From positions 1,720,394 to 1,784,393 of the forward strand of contig CAWHDP010000002.1 in assembly GCA_963828125.1 (NCBI GenBank): a DNA stretch of 64,000 bases, given 5' to 3'. This DNA is from an uncultured Chlamydiae bacterium. Lineage in GTDB: Bacteria; Chlamydiota; Chlamydiia; Chlamydiales; SM23-39. The notes below the pieces were generated by a model, which did no database searches, had not been told where the DNA came from, and worked only from the letters and a program-made list of their open reading frames with translations. Below, one piece after another: positions 42,347 to 52,440 of the stretch. A program made the position numbers and the translations under genes. Each line of letters opens with the position of its first letter. Within the stretch, counting starts at the first letter, position 1.

Positions 42347-43627
42347 ATGGCCGAGACGTCTCGCACGAACTATCGTTGGTTTATTGCCTCGCTGATTTTT
42401 TTTGTCACTCTGGTCAATTTTATCGATCGGTCGGCGATCTCCTTCGTCATTCATCCCCTCAAGCAAGAATTTCATTTCACTGACACGCAATTTGGGATGA
42501 TCCTCTCGGCGTTCGGATTGGGGTACGTCCTCCTCACGGTTCTGGGCGGGTGGTTTGTCGATCGTTGGGGAGCCCGCCTCGTTTGGCCGCTTGCCGCCAC
42601 TGCGTGGTCCATCTGTGTCGGATTACTTGGGGTCGCTACTGGTTTTTGGGGCTTTATTGGGCTGAGATTTCTGTTAGGGGTTGCTGAGGGACCTCACTTT
42701 CCCGCTATGACCCGTTCTATTAGCAATTGGCTCTCCCCTGGCGAGCGGGCTCGCGCCCTCTCCCTTGGACTTGTCGCGATCCCCCTCTCCTCGGTGATAG
42801 GGGCGCCGATCACCTCCTATCTTGTCGCTGATTTTGGCTGGAGGCCGATGTTTTTCATCATCAGCCTTGCCGGCGTCCTTTGGGCAGCCGTTTGGTACTA
42901 TTTTTTCACTGACCGTCCTGAAGATTGCAAATATGTTTGCCCTGAAGAGAAAAAATATATTGCCGCCCCCTCTTCTCTGCATGCAGAAAAGAGAAAATCG
43001 CTCGTTAATTGGCGCTTCATCCTCACCCATCCGGCCCTTATCGCCAACAATATCGCCTATTTTGCCTTCGGCTATATGCTCTTCTTTGCCACTCTCTGGC
43101 TCCCTGGCTACTTTCTCTCGCAGCACAACCTGGATTTAAAGAGTGTCGGCTGGTACTTGACCATCCCCTGGCTTGTCGGCGCCCTGTTCTTAAAAGCGGG
43201 AGGCATTCTCTCTGACTATCTCTATCGGAAAACTGGCAGCGGAAGATTCGCCCGCTCCCACCTGATCTGGGTCAGCCAGCTCTTGGCCGCCATCTTCTTC
43301 GTCCTTCTCAGTTACACCCATACGTTAGGGCTCTCGATCTTATTTTTAAGTTTAGCCCTCGGCTTCGGCCTCATGCCCCAGCCGGCCTTTTTTAGCATTA
43401 ATATCGACGTAGCTAAAGACCGTTCGGGAACGGCCCAAGGGGTCACTTCGAGTTGCCTCTCCGTCGCTGGAGTCATCGCTCCGATGTTGACCGGGTGGCT
43501 GATCGATTTCACTGGCAACTATCAAGGGGCCTTCCTCCTCCTCGCCGGACTGACCGGAATCTCCGTTTTCACTGTAATCTTTTTCCACCATCCCGACAGA
43601 GAGTGGTTGGGAGCCGTTAAGGCGTAA
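42347..43627 (+). CDS. MFS transporter (anion:cation symporter-like)
   Basis: 426 aa with 12 predicted TM segments. Motifs FVTLVNFIDRSAISF and GWFVDRWGAR. Confidence 0.8.
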   Translation: MAETSRTNYRWFIASLIFFVTLVNFIDRSAISFVIHPLKQEFHFTDTQFGMILSAFGLGYVLLTVLGGWFVDRWGARLVWPLAATAWSICVGLLGVATGFWGFIGLRFLLGVAEGPHFPAMTRSISNWLSPGERARALSLGLVAIPLSSVIGAPITSYLVADFGWRPMFFIISLAGVLWAAVWYYFFTDRPEDCKYVCPEEKKYIAAPSSLHAEKRKSLVNWRFILTHPALIANNIAYFAFGYMLFFATLWLPGYFLSQHNLDLKSVGWYLTIPWLVGALFLKAGGILSDYLYRKTGSGRFARSHLIWVSQLLAAIFFVLLSYTHTLGLSILFLSLALGFGLMPQPAFFSINIDVAKDRSGTAQGVTSSCLSVAGVIAPMLTGWLIDFTGNYQGAFLLLAGLTGISVFTVIFFHHPDREWLGAVKA

Positions 43628-43658
43628 CCTCGATTTTGTACAACTGGACATTGGCTGT

Positions 43659-44867
43659 TCACCGCGAGTTCTTTCTTTGAGAGGCCGATCCGATTTTTAA
43701 TTGAGTACGGTATTTCGCAATGGTTCTTCGGGCCAAGGAAAAACCTTTCAATCTCAAATTTTCCGTCAGTTCTTGATCGGTCAACGGGCGGCCTTTGTCT
43801 TCCCCGTCGATCAGTTGTTGGAGAGCCTCTCTTCCATGGCTGGCTGCCGGATCGGCTGTGACTAAAGAGCGGAGCAGGAGAAGACCCCGGGGCGTTGCCG
43901 CGTACTTCCCAGAGAGCGCCCGCGATAGGGTCGACTCATGGATCCCGAGTTGTTCGGCCAGTTCTTTCACCCCAAACGGAACGAGAGGTCCTTTTTGATC
44001 TAAAAAAGCGGCTTGTCTACAAATCAACGCCCGCCCTATTTCACGGAGCATTTTTTGGCGCCTATTGAGAACCCGGAAAATCCATTTAGCCCCGGTCTTA
44101 AACATCCGGAGAGCCTCTTGCTCTTCGATCGACTCTGTCTTTGCCTCAAGATACTCTGTTTGGATTTGGAATTGAGGCCACTCATCTTCAATCAGCTCGA
44201 GCCTCCATCCTCCATCGACCCTCTCGATGCGGAGATCGGGGTAGACAGGCGAGATAGGCTCTTCCCAAAAACCTTGGGCAGGCCGCATAGAAAGGCGGGC
44301 CAAATGGCTCATGGCTTGGCTCAGATCGCCTGAGCCGAGCCGTTTTTTGATGGCTGCATAGCGGCCATGCAAAAGGTCTTCATAACTATTTTGGACGAGA
44401 TCGTAGGCGGGGGTCCCTGTTTTCCCTTCGGCCCTCAGCTGCAAAATGAGCGCCTCCTGCAGATTCCTTGCAAAAATGCCCGGCGGATCGAACGTTTGCA
44501 TCACCGTCAAGATCGGCCTCTGACACTCCGTAAGCGGGCCATCCACAAACCCCCTTTCATCCAAACGCTCTAAAATATCCTCGGCGATCCTCAGTTCTTT
44601 TTCATCTGAAAAATGTTCCCTAATCTGGCTTTGCAGATGTTCATAGAGGTGGATACGGGCAGGGATCTCTGGCATAATCCCCTTCTTAGGGCCTGCCGCC
44701 TTCAGCTCCAACAGAGGGTTTTTTTCGATCTCGCTACGCAGCCACGCGCCCAGCTCTTGCTGAGGCATTTGGAGGATCGCGAGAGCCTGACTGAGAGCGA
44801 ACGTCATCGTCATGCGCCGCTCTGGAGCGAGCTTTAAAAAGAGCTTTGGATCCATGCCAGTCCCCAT
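43659..44867 (-). CDS. rpoN: RNA polymerase sigma-54 factor
   Basis: RpoN box ARRTIAKYRTQL, an HTH (ELAEQLGIHESTLSRA), and a Gln/Leu-rich region I (LSQALAILQMPQQEL). Start chosen at MGTGMDPK; the upstream 44 codons of the ORF track are unlikely. Confidence 0.85.
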   Translation of the reverse strand: MGTGMDPKLFLKLAPERRMTMTFALSQALAILQMPQQELGAWLRSEIEKNPLLELKAAGPKKGIMPEIPARIHLYEHLQSQIREHFSDEKELRIAEDILERLDERGFVDGPLTECQRPILTVMQTFDPPGIFARNLQEALILQLRAEGKTGTPAYDLVQNSYEDLLHGRYAAIKKRLGSGDLSQAMSHLARLSMRPAQGFWEEPISPVYPDLRIERVDGGWRLELIEDEWPQFQIQTEYLEAKTESIEEQEALRMFKTGAKWIFRVLNRRQKMLREIGRALICRQAAFLDQKGPLVPFGVKELAEQLGIHESTLSRALSGKYAATPRGLLLLRSLVTADPAASHGREALQQLIDGEDKGRPLTDQELTENLRLKGFSLARRTIAKYRTQLKIGSASQRKNSR

Positions 44868-44946
44868 AGCACACCCCCCATTCGGAAACAAGGTGGTTGA
44901 TTCTCTTTTTGCCAACCAGTTAAACTGCACCCTTTTGGAGGGATTC

Positions 44947-45888
44947 ATGGGTCCGCGAGCAGGTGTTTTTTGCCACAATGGGTTAGGAGACGGGGTCAAT
45001 TGCCTGGTTCTTTCGAATCAGTTACATTTAAACGGCTGGCGGGTGGACACCTACCAAAATGTCATTGGATCAATGCAGAACTGGTTTCCCCACCTGAAAG
45101 TGGAGCCTTACCCCAGCCCTGACGAACTCCCCCGCATCCTGGGCAGCTACGACTGGTTTTTTGTCGTCCAAAACGATACAGATCCCTTTATCCTTCAGCT
45201 CATTCAGGAAGGGAAGAGGCGATTTCCGGATTTGCTAAAAGTGATCTATCTCTATCCCTCTCCCAACATTGTGAACGAACCTTATTACACCGACTGCTTG
45301 ACCGATCCCACCCTGTCGATTGCCGAAAACATGCGCCTTTTCGCCGAGAAGATTCTCCATCTGCCCAAGATCACCCGGAGCAACGGATTCATCCCCCCCG
45401 CCGGCCTCACATTCCGCAAATACCTCAAACGGATCGCCATCCACCCGACGAGCGGACGGGAGACCCGCAACTGGCCTAAAGAGAAATTCCTCCAGTTCGC
45501 AGGCCATTTGCGGCAATGGGGATACGATCCGGTCTTCATTCCCGGCAAAAAAGAGGGGTGGGAAGGGATCGGCTTTGAAATTGCCCTCTTCCCTACCTTG
45601 GATCTTTTGGCACGCTACCTTTACGAATCGGGATTTTTAGTCGGAAACGACTCCGGCCTTGGCCACCTCGCCTCAGCGATCGGTATCCCAACCCTTACAT
45701 TCTGCCGCAGGAAAAAACTGGCCAATATGTGGGCCCCCAGCTTCCAGAGAGGGGTCGTCGTGACCCCCAGCTCTTGGATTCCCAACATCCGGGGATTGCG
45801 ATTGAGAGACCGACACTGGCAAAAATTTATCTCGGTCGCCAAAGCCAAACGGGCGTTCAACAAACTCGTCCATTTGCCGCTGCACTAA
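44947..45888 (+). CDS. glycosyltransferase family 9 (heptosyltransferase-like)
   Basis: 313 aa from MGPRAGVFCHNGLGDGV. Contains GNDSGLGHLASAIGIPT. The TAA stop lies in the left terminus of A3. Confidence 0.75.
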   Translation: MGPRAGVFCHNGLGDGVNCLVLSNQLHLNGWRVDTYQNVIGSMQNWFPHLKVEPYPSPDELPRILGSYDWFFVVQNDTDPFILQLIQEGKRRFPDLLKVIYLYPSPNIVNEPYYTDCLTDPTLSIAENMRLFAEKILHLPKITRSNGFIPPAGLTFRKYLKRIAIHPTSGRETRNWPKEKFLQFAGHLRQWGYDPVFIPGKKEGWEGIGFEIALFPTLDLLARYLYESGFLVGNDSGLGHLASAIGIPTLTFCRRKKLANMWAPSFQRGVVVTPSSWIPNIRGLRLRDRHWQKFISVAKAKRAFNKLVHLPLH

Positions 45889-46012
45889 CCCGCATTTCTC
45901 ACACATCCGCGGAAAATCTGCTCAATCTGTCACGCCATCTTTCGCCAATCGCTCGTCGCTAATAGGACTCTTCCTATTAGCTCCCTCGCGTCTGTGTGAG
46001 AAATGCGGGCTA
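45886..46012. mobile_element. family-A MITE-like element (A3), without the B insertion
   Basis: TAacccgcatttctcacacatccgcg...ctaataggactcttcctattag...cgcgtctgtgtgagaaatgcgggcTA. Its two ends overlap the stop codons of the convergent GT9 (+) and doxX (-) genes. Confidence 0.85.
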
Positions 46013-46402
46013 ATTCATCCCGAAACGGCCCGAGCCCATGGCGAGGAGGAGGAATAGACCGCCGATCACCGCGACCTCTTTCATGAAGGTTCTCCGCTCC
46101 ACTTCGTACTCATTCCCCTCTTTCGTCCAAAAGTCGTGGAACTTCAGCACGGAAGCCGTCGCTACTACAATCAAAATCAGAGCGCCGATGTGGGCGTGCC
46201 AACCAAATAATACGGAAAGTCCCCCGATGATTTTGAGAGCCACTGCTATAGGCAGAACAATTTGCGCGCTCGGCACAGCTTTTGATTGCATGTAGTGCAT
46301 AGATTGGCTCCAGTGTCTTATTTTCTCGAAAGCGCCCCAGAGGAAAATACCCCCGATCAGCACTCTTCCGATTAAATCAAATAAATTCATCATAAATTCC
46401 AT
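46010..46402 (-). CDS. doxX: DoxX family membrane protein
   Basis: 130 aa with 4 TM segments. LIGRVLIGGIFLWGAFEKI is typical of DoxX. Confidence 0.65.
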   Translation of the reverse strand: MEFMMNLFDLIGRVLIGGIFLWGAFEKIRHWSQSMHYMQSKAVPSAQIVLPIAVALKIIGGLSVLFGWHAHIGALILIVVATASVLKFHDFWTKEGNEYEVERRTFMKEVAVIGGLFLLLAMGSGRFGMN

Positions 46403-46497
46403 AGATCCCTTGGGTTCGATGTTCTATCTTTCTGTTAAATCATTAGGAATTTTTTGAACAGAGACATCTTTTCCCCCCCTTTGCTATCCTGTGCGCC

Positions 46498-47661
46498 ATG
46501 TACAATTTGATTGTGATGGGAGGGGGTGCCGCCGGCATGTTTGCCGCGATCAGCGCCAAATCTGCAAACCCGGCAGCCAAGGTGCTCCTTTTAGAAAAAA
46601 GCGGGGTACTCCTCTCTAAAGTGCGCGTTTCAGGCGGCGGCAGGTGCAATGTGACCCACGCCTGCTTCGACCCCGCTGCGCTCATCTGCCACTATCCCCG
46701 CGGCGGCCCCGAGCTTCGCGGCCCCTTCCACCGCTTTCAGCCCCGCGACACGATCGAGTGGTTCGAGGCGCGAGGGGTTTCCCTCAAAGCCGAGCCTGAC
46801 GGCAGGGTATTCCCCGTTACCGACAGCTCGGAGACGATTATCGATTGTCTCCTCTCGGAAGCGAAGAGCCTTGGCGTCGAAATCCTCACCCGTCAACGGA
46901 TAGACCTCATCGTCAAGATCTCCGAAGGCTTTGCCGTCGGCCCTTATCGATCGAGAAAACTCCTCCTCGCCACTGGCAGCGCCCCCCAAGGGCACGCGTG
47001 GGCAGCTCAGCTCGGACACACGATTCAAACACTGGTCCCCTCCCTTTTTACCTTTAACGTCCCCACCTCACCCCTCAAAAATCTCAGCGGCATCTCGGTC
47101 AACCCAGTCGAGCTCAAAATACGAGGCCTAACCCAAAAAGGGGCCCTCCTGATCACCCACTTTGGCTTTAGCGGCCCCGCTGCCCTTAAACTCTCTGCCT
47201 GGGGAGCCCCCGTTTTGCATCAATGCGATTACCGCGCCCCTCTAGCCATTAACTGGCTCCCCGAGCTCAACCCAACCCAAACCCTCGCCATCCTCCAAGC
47301 TCTCAAGAAATCGGCCCCCCAGCGACCCCTTTGCACAGAAAACCCCTTTAAGCTCTCCAAAAACCTCTGGAAAGCTCTACTCAATGATGAAAAACGGCTC
47401 AACGACTTCTCGAACAAAGACCTTCAGACACTCGTTCAGAAACTGCATGAAGATTTTTACCAAATAGACGGCAAGACGACCCACAAAGAGGAGTTTGTCA
47501 CCTGCGGAGGCGTAACGTTAAAAGAGGTCGACTTCAAAACCATGGAGAGCAAAGTGTCCCCTGGTTTATACTTTGCTGGAGAAATTTTAGATATTGACGG
47601 AGTGACCGGCGGATTTAATTTTCAAGCCAGTTGGACAACCGGATTTATTGCTGGCGTTTAA
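46498..47661 (+). CDS. HI0933/BaiN-family FAD-dependent flavoprotein
   Basis: 387 aa. Motifs MYNLIVMGGGAAGMFAAI, VSGGGRCNVT and a C-terminal GGFNFQASWTTG. Confidence 0.85.
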   Translation: MYNLIVMGGGAAGMFAAISAKSANPAAKVLLLEKSGVLLSKVRVSGGGRCNVTHACFDPAALICHYPRGGPELRGPFHRFQPRDTIEWFEARGVSLKAEPDGRVFPVTDSSETIIDCLLSEAKSLGVEILTRQRIDLIVKISEGFAVGPYRSRKLLLATGSAPQGHAWAAQLGHTIQTLVPSLFTFNVPTSPLKNLSGISVNPVELKIRGLTQKGALLITHFGFSGPAALKLSAWGAPVLHQCDYRAPLAINWLPELNPTQTLAILQALKKSAPQRPLCTENPFKLSKNLWKALLNDEKRLNDFSNKDLQTLVQKLHEDFYQIDGKTTHKEEFVTCGGVTLKEVDFKTMESKVSPGLYFAGEILDIDGVTGGFNFQASWTTGFIAGV

Positions 47662-49450
47662 GCTGGAGCGCAAGGCATTGCGCTATTGTCTTTCTAAAGT
47701 CATCCACAGTATCGTTTTGGCCTCTACGCGCTAAAGCGGTTTGAAGGATCAATAGCCGATCTTCCTCCGCACATTTATTGTCTGTTAGATATCGATCCGC
47801 GCATTCATCCCACGAGGTCTCTATAACAAGTAACATATCTTCGCGGTTTTTTATTTGCTCCAGTCGCCGATCAAGATCAGGAATTAAAATTTTCAAACCA
47901 TCAAGGATGTGCAAAGCCTCTTGTTCTGTAAGTGCTAGGGTTGGGCATATAGCCATTAACCCATCTAATACTAATGTCTTTTTATAATGAACAAAAATAC
48001 CATCAATAAATTCGATGCCGCTTAATTGAAGTTTCTTTGATTTTTTCCATTCTTCAAATTTTTGTGTAAAATCTTGTGCGTACTCAGCCAGACAAAAACA
48101 AACTTTCCTTGCTATATATAAGAATGTTTCTTTATTAGATCCAATCGACCTTAATGCCATGCATATTTCGAATGCATATGCATATTGTTCGGGGCTAAAA
48201 TTCCAATTTTTGAAAATCTCTTTGCTAAATACTTGGTTGCAGTGCTGGAGTAAATTCACATTTTTCGTTGGTTGATATAATCTAGCTTCTTGCAGGAAGA
48301 GTTCTTTATTTAAACACAAAAATCCATCTATCTGATGTAGAGTGTTTTCACTGTCATCAATCGATCCAAGTATCGATAAATATTTAAATAAATTGGATTT
48401 ATTTGCAGTTTGATATTTCGGGTCATTCCAAAGTGTTAATAGGCGGAGTACTGTGTTCGTTATTATATCGCAAGACGTGGATTCATATTGGTTAGTTTCT
48501 ATTGTGTTTTCAATCCATTGTCTTGACAAATGAAATTTTATCTTAAGGGTTGGAGCGTCTTTTAAATTATTGTCTAAATCATTGATCGCTAATTTCAATA
48601 GATTGATTTTTTCAGCGTCGAATCGATAGGTTCCAACAGCCCAGCCTATCTCGCTTGTTTCGTAAGGAATGCAATTTAATAATTCTTGTGTTATTTCCAG
48701 TCCCGCCTTAAGGGAACTACTGGCCAAATCTAAATATATGGGAAAGATCCGCTCGATAAAATCTGGAGTCCATAGATGTCCAAAAATCTTTCTCATGCTA
48801 GTTAAAATTTCCGCTTCGAACAGGTATGTTTCAGGGGATACAGACTCAGTGAGTCTTTGCTGTCGAGGCTTAGGAAATACGGGAACCATCTCTCTCAACC
48901 AAAGACTGATCAATTGATCAGAAGATACTTGGGAATAGCCATCCCGTAACAGTTCTTGATCGAGGTTGTCTCTGATGTTTTCTAGCTGCTCGCATATCAA
49001 GTGTTTGTATCCTACCTTGTCTTGCAACATCAATGGATTGCCTTTGGCAGCCACAAATAGGTAATATCGCATTAAAATGTGAAAATTCGGGTTTGCCTGT
49101 TCAGCTGAAATAGCCTGCCGTATTTGTAGCTGGAACTTATTTTTTTGTAGTTGCAGACGGCTTTCTGGTGTTGACACATTATTGATTATAATTTTTGTGG
49201 CAGCATTATATAATTTTTGTTGTTTGCCAGTGAGCCGTGCAGACGGCGATATGGATTTCCATGCAGATTTCAACCCATCCAGCGCCGTTGATTTCAGGTA
49301 TGATTTCAGGCACATATACAACCATCCAAATATTGGGATCACTACGAACCAACGGGATACGGTATGTTGCTGCACAACCCATATCGCATCCTTAGTTATT
49401 GGAAATGTTTTTTGATTAGTAGGCGCTTGGTTAAAATTTTGCACGTTCAT
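47645..49450 (-). CDS. hypothetical protein, member 1 of a tandem paralogue pair (AT-rich)
   Basis: 601 aa. Collinear similarity to the next ORF, e.g. IWVVQQHTVSRWFVVIPIFGWLYMCLKSYLKSTAL vs IWLVQQHTVSKWLAVIPIFGWLYMLVKSCLKSTAL, and LWTPDFIERIFPIYLDLA in both. Confidence 0.6.
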   Translation of the reverse strand: MNVQNFNQAPTNQKTFPITKDAIWVVQQHTVSRWFVVIPIFGWLYMCLKSYLKSTALDGLKSAWKSISPSARLTGKQQKLYNAATKIIINNVSTPESRLQLQKNKFQLQIRQAISAEQANPNFHILMRYYLFVAAKGNPLMLQDKVGYKHLICEQLENIRDNLDQELLRDGYSQVSSDQLISLWLREMVPVFPKPRQQRLTESVSPETYLFEAEILTSMRKIFGHLWTPDFIERIFPIYLDLASSSLKAGLEITQELLNCIPYETSEIGWAVGTYRFDAEKINLLKLAINDLDNNLKDAPTLKIKFHLSRQWIENTIETNQYESTSCDIITNTVLRLLTLWNDPKYQTANKSNLFKYLSILGSIDDSENTLHQIDGFLCLNKELFLQEARLYQPTKNVNLLQHCNQVFSKEIFKNWNFSPEQYAYAFEICMALRSIGSNKETFLYIARKVCFCLAEYAQDFTQKFEEWKKSKKLQLSGIEFIDGIFVHYKKTLVLDGLMAICPTLALTEQEALHILDGLKILIPDLDRRLEQIKNREDMLLVIETSWDECADRYLTDNKCAEEDRLLILQTALARRGQNDTVDDFRKTIAQCLALQLKRQQ

Positions 49451-49552
49451 GTCACAACTATTATTAATTTTATTACTATTATAAACTAATATTTAATATA
49501 AGTAACGGCAAATATCTAACGCGCTAACTTTAAGGCTGTTGTATTTTATTGG

Positions 49553-51499
49553 TTAATGTTGTCGATGTTTAAATGGAGTCCGATCTAATCGTTCGATCGC
49601 CTGGAAAGTACGATCGAAGGGCAACCCCGGCAGCAAGAAATCTGCTAGAAATTGGCTGCCTAGTTGTATCTTTGGATCCCATTTTTTAAATTGTTCGCGG
49701 AATTCATTTTCGTTCTGTAATATGCATAGATACACTTGGTCTATTATAACTTTAAAAGCATCTGCATTATCGCCTTTTGTTCTAAGCGCTAAAGCAGTTT
49801 GAATTATCCATATATTGTCTGTTCTGAACAATGCATCATCCGTTAAATACTTCCCGCATTGATAAAAACAGGCTGTTATAAAATCTGGAATATTTGCGAT
49901 GTTCTCTTTTTCGTTAAGTTGCTCGTAAAAATCGGGAATTAAAACTGTAAGCCCATCAAAGATATGCAAAGCCGCTTCTGGTGTGCGCCCTATCTGTAAC
50001 TCGTTAATCATCAACTCTTGCAGTTGCAATTTTCTTGTATTCTCCATAAAACTGTCAATAAAATGGATTCCACTTGATTTTATTTTCCCCTTTAATTTTT
50101 CCCATTTTTTAAATTCTACTTCAAATTCTTGTTCGCAGTCTTCAAGACAACGAACAACTCTGTGCTCTATCCTCCAAAACATGTCTGCATCAGATCCAAT
50201 GGGTCTTAATGCCATGCATATTTTGAATAAACGTTTTTTGTCTGCAAAATCCACATCTTTGAGAATTTTATCGCTAAATACTTGGTTGCAGTACTCGAAG
50301 AAGGTGACTTCTGCATCGCGCTTGTAGGTTCGATCTTCTCCTTGGAAAAGATCTTGGTCTAACGACAAGAACCCATCTATCTGATGTAGAGTTTGTTCGC
50401 TGTCGTCAATCGACCCAATTTTCAATAAATATTTAAATAAATCTGATTTGTTTTCAGTTTGATATTTTGGATCATTCCAAAGTGTTAATAGGCGGATTAC
50501 GGTGTTCATTATTACGTCGCAAGACGTGGATCCATATTGGCCGGGGATTGTGTTTTTAATCCATTCTTCTGGCGAATTAAACCGCTTGGTAAGTGTCTGA
50601 TCTTTCTGTAATGTGTCATTGAGATTAGCGCACGCTTGTTTCAATTTGTTTAGTAGATCGACTTGGATCCGATGTTCCCCGAGAATCTCGTGTAATTTTG
50701 CGTTGTCATACGGAAGACAATCTAACAAGGCTTGTGTTATTTCCAGTCCCGCCTCAAGGGGATAAGTGGCCAAATCTAAATATATGGGAAAGATCCGCTC
50801 GATAAAATCTGGAGTCCACAGATCGCCAAAAATAGTTCCCATCCTCGTTAAAATGTCCGCTTCGAGGAGATAGGTTCGGTGATCTACACATTCCAGGTTG
50901 TGCTTTTGAGCTTTAGGAAATGCGGGAAGCATCTCTCTCAGCCAGAGATCAATCAATTGCTCAGAGAATCGTTGGGAATAGCCGCTTTGCGAAAGTTCCT
51001 TACCGTATGATGCCATCACATTCATTAGCTCCTTGTATACATTGTCCTCTATCATCTTGTCTGGGATCGAGTTTATATGTCCTCCATCGGAAAGGAATAG
51101 GTAGTATCGCGTTAAAATGTGAAAATTCGGCTTTTGTTGTTCAAGTACAAAAGCTTGTTGTATTTCTCGCTGAAACCTATTTTTTTGTACTTGCAGGCGG
51201 CTTTCTGGCGTTGACAAATGGTTGAGCAGCACGTCCGTGGCGGCCCCATACAATCGTTGTTGCTCAGGATTGAGTTTTGCAGACGGTGCGACTGTGATCA
51301 CCGCATTTTTCAACCGATTCAGCGCAGTTGATTTCAGGCATGATTTGACCAGCATATACAACCATCCGAATATGGGGATAACTGCTAACCATTTAGATAC
51401 GGTATGTTGCTGCACAAGCCATATGTCATCCGTCTCAATTGAGAACTCATTCTGAATAATGGGCGCATTATTTTGGTTAAAATCGTTTGGCCGAATCAT
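49553..51499 (-). CDS. hypothetical protein, member 2 of the tandem paralogue pair (AT-rich)
   Basis: 648 aa. See the previous entry. The upstream regions of both genes also share blocks (actattata..., taa[c/t]ggcaaatat). Confidence 0.6.
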   Translation of the reverse strand: MIRPNDFNQNNAPIIQNEFSIETDDIWLVQQHTVSKWLAVIPIFGWLYMLVKSCLKSTALNRLKNAVITVAPSAKLNPEQQRLYGAATDVLLNHLSTPESRLQVQKNRFQREIQQAFVLEQQKPNFHILTRYYLFLSDGGHINSIPDKMIEDNVYKELMNVMASYGKELSQSGYSQRFSEQLIDLWLREMLPAFPKAQKHNLECVDHRTYLLEADILTRMGTIFGDLWTPDFIERIFPIYLDLATYPLEAGLEITQALLDCLPYDNAKLHEILGEHRIQVDLLNKLKQACANLNDTLQKDQTLTKRFNSPEEWIKNTIPGQYGSTSCDVIMNTVIRLLTLWNDPKYQTENKSDLFKYLLKIGSIDDSEQTLHQIDGFLSLDQDLFQGEDRTYKRDAEVTFFEYCNQVFSDKILKDVDFADKKRLFKICMALRPIGSDADMFWRIEHRVVRCLEDCEQEFEVEFKKWEKLKGKIKSSGIHFIDSFMENTRKLQLQELMINELQIGRTPEAALHIFDGLTVLIPDFYEQLNEKENIANIPDFITACFYQCGKYLTDDALFRTDNIWIIQTALALRTKGDNADAFKVIIDQVYLCILQNENEFREQFKKWDPKIQLGSQFLADFLLPGLPFDRTFQAIERLDRTPFKHRQH

Positions 51500-51609
51500 A
51501 TTATTGCAACAATTGTTAAGTGTTAATTACACTATTATACTACATTATTTATTATTAATGGCAAATATTCTTTAAGTGGCTTATATTGAAGTTGTTGCGT
51601 TTTTTGTAA

Positions 51610-52440
51610 TTATTTGGTGGTGTTGAAGATCCCGTAAATCATGCTGCGGGTCTGATAAGCGAGCCAGATCCGGAAGACCGATTTAGCGAAGATCCGGTCG
51701 GCGGGCTTGTGTGTAAAAAAGAAGGTGCGGAAATCTTTATTCTGGAATTCGCGGAGCATTCTGAAGCCGCAGACGGACCAGGTTTTTTTGACGTTGGCGG
51801 TACATTCTTCAAAGCCGATTTTTTGAAAGCCGGCGTGGAGCATCCACTTTGTATATTCGCTGACGCTGCCGAGACTTGGGAGGCGCCCTTCACGGCAGAT
51901 CGGTTCGAGGAGGTGGCGCACTTCCCAGGCTTTGGGCTGTTCTTTGGCGAGCCAGGCGCAAACGACGAGCCGTCCGCCGGGCTTCAAAACGCGGTAAGCC
52001 TCTTGGAAGAATTTTCCTTTATCGACCATATGTTCGGAGCTTTCTACTGCGATGGCCATATCGAAACTGTTGGGCGGGAGTGTATTGTGGAGCCAATCAG
52101 CTTGAACATAATTGACGTGAGGGGTTTGGGCTCGGGCGTATTCGAGTTGTTTACAAGAGAGAGAAAAGCCGGTCGCTTTGACGCCATACCGTTCGGTTAA
52201 AAAACGGGCCGTTCCGCCGTAGCCGCAGCCGATATCGCAAAGGGTCTCTCCCTGCTGAGGAGCCCCTTTTTCCGCGATCCGTTCAATCAGTTGCTCGACC
52301 GCCCGCTCTGGACTCTCTTTGCCTGTTTTCCAAAAGCCGTGGTGCAGATGGTCGCCCCACAATTTTCGATACCACAGATCTAACGAATTGTAGTGTTTTG
52401 CGACATCCTCACTGTTCTGTTCTACATCTGGGAAAATCAT
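51610..52440 (-). CDS. class I SAM-dependent methyltransferase (tocopherol/sarcosine-MT-like)
   Basis: 276 aa. Motifs HYNSLDLWYRKLWGDHLHHGFW, motif I LCDIGCGYGGTARFL, and VLKPGGRLVV. ATGA overlap with the uvrD stop. Confidence 0.8.
   Translation of the reverse strand: MIFPDVEQNSEDVAKHYNSLDLWYRKLWGDHLHHGFWKTGKESPERAVEQLIERIAEKGAPQQGETLCDIGCGYGGTARFLTERYGVKATGFSLSCKQLEYARAQTPHVNYVQADWLHNTLPPNSFDMAIAVESSEHMVDKGKFFQEAYRVLKPGGRLVVCAWLAKEQPKAWEVRHLLEPICREGRLPSLGSVSEYTKWMLHAGFQKIGFEECTANVKKTWSVCGFRMLREFQNKDFRTFFFTHKPADRIFAKSVFRIWLAYQTRSMIYGIFNTTK

Noticed and set aside
45608-45613. A sigma-54 promoter candidate (TGGCAC), considered because rpoN is in the window.
   Set aside because: No TTGC follows at the -12 spacing, and the site is inside the GT9 coding region. 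I did not find a convincing TGGCAC-N5-TTGC match by eye, and a proper PWM scan is needed.
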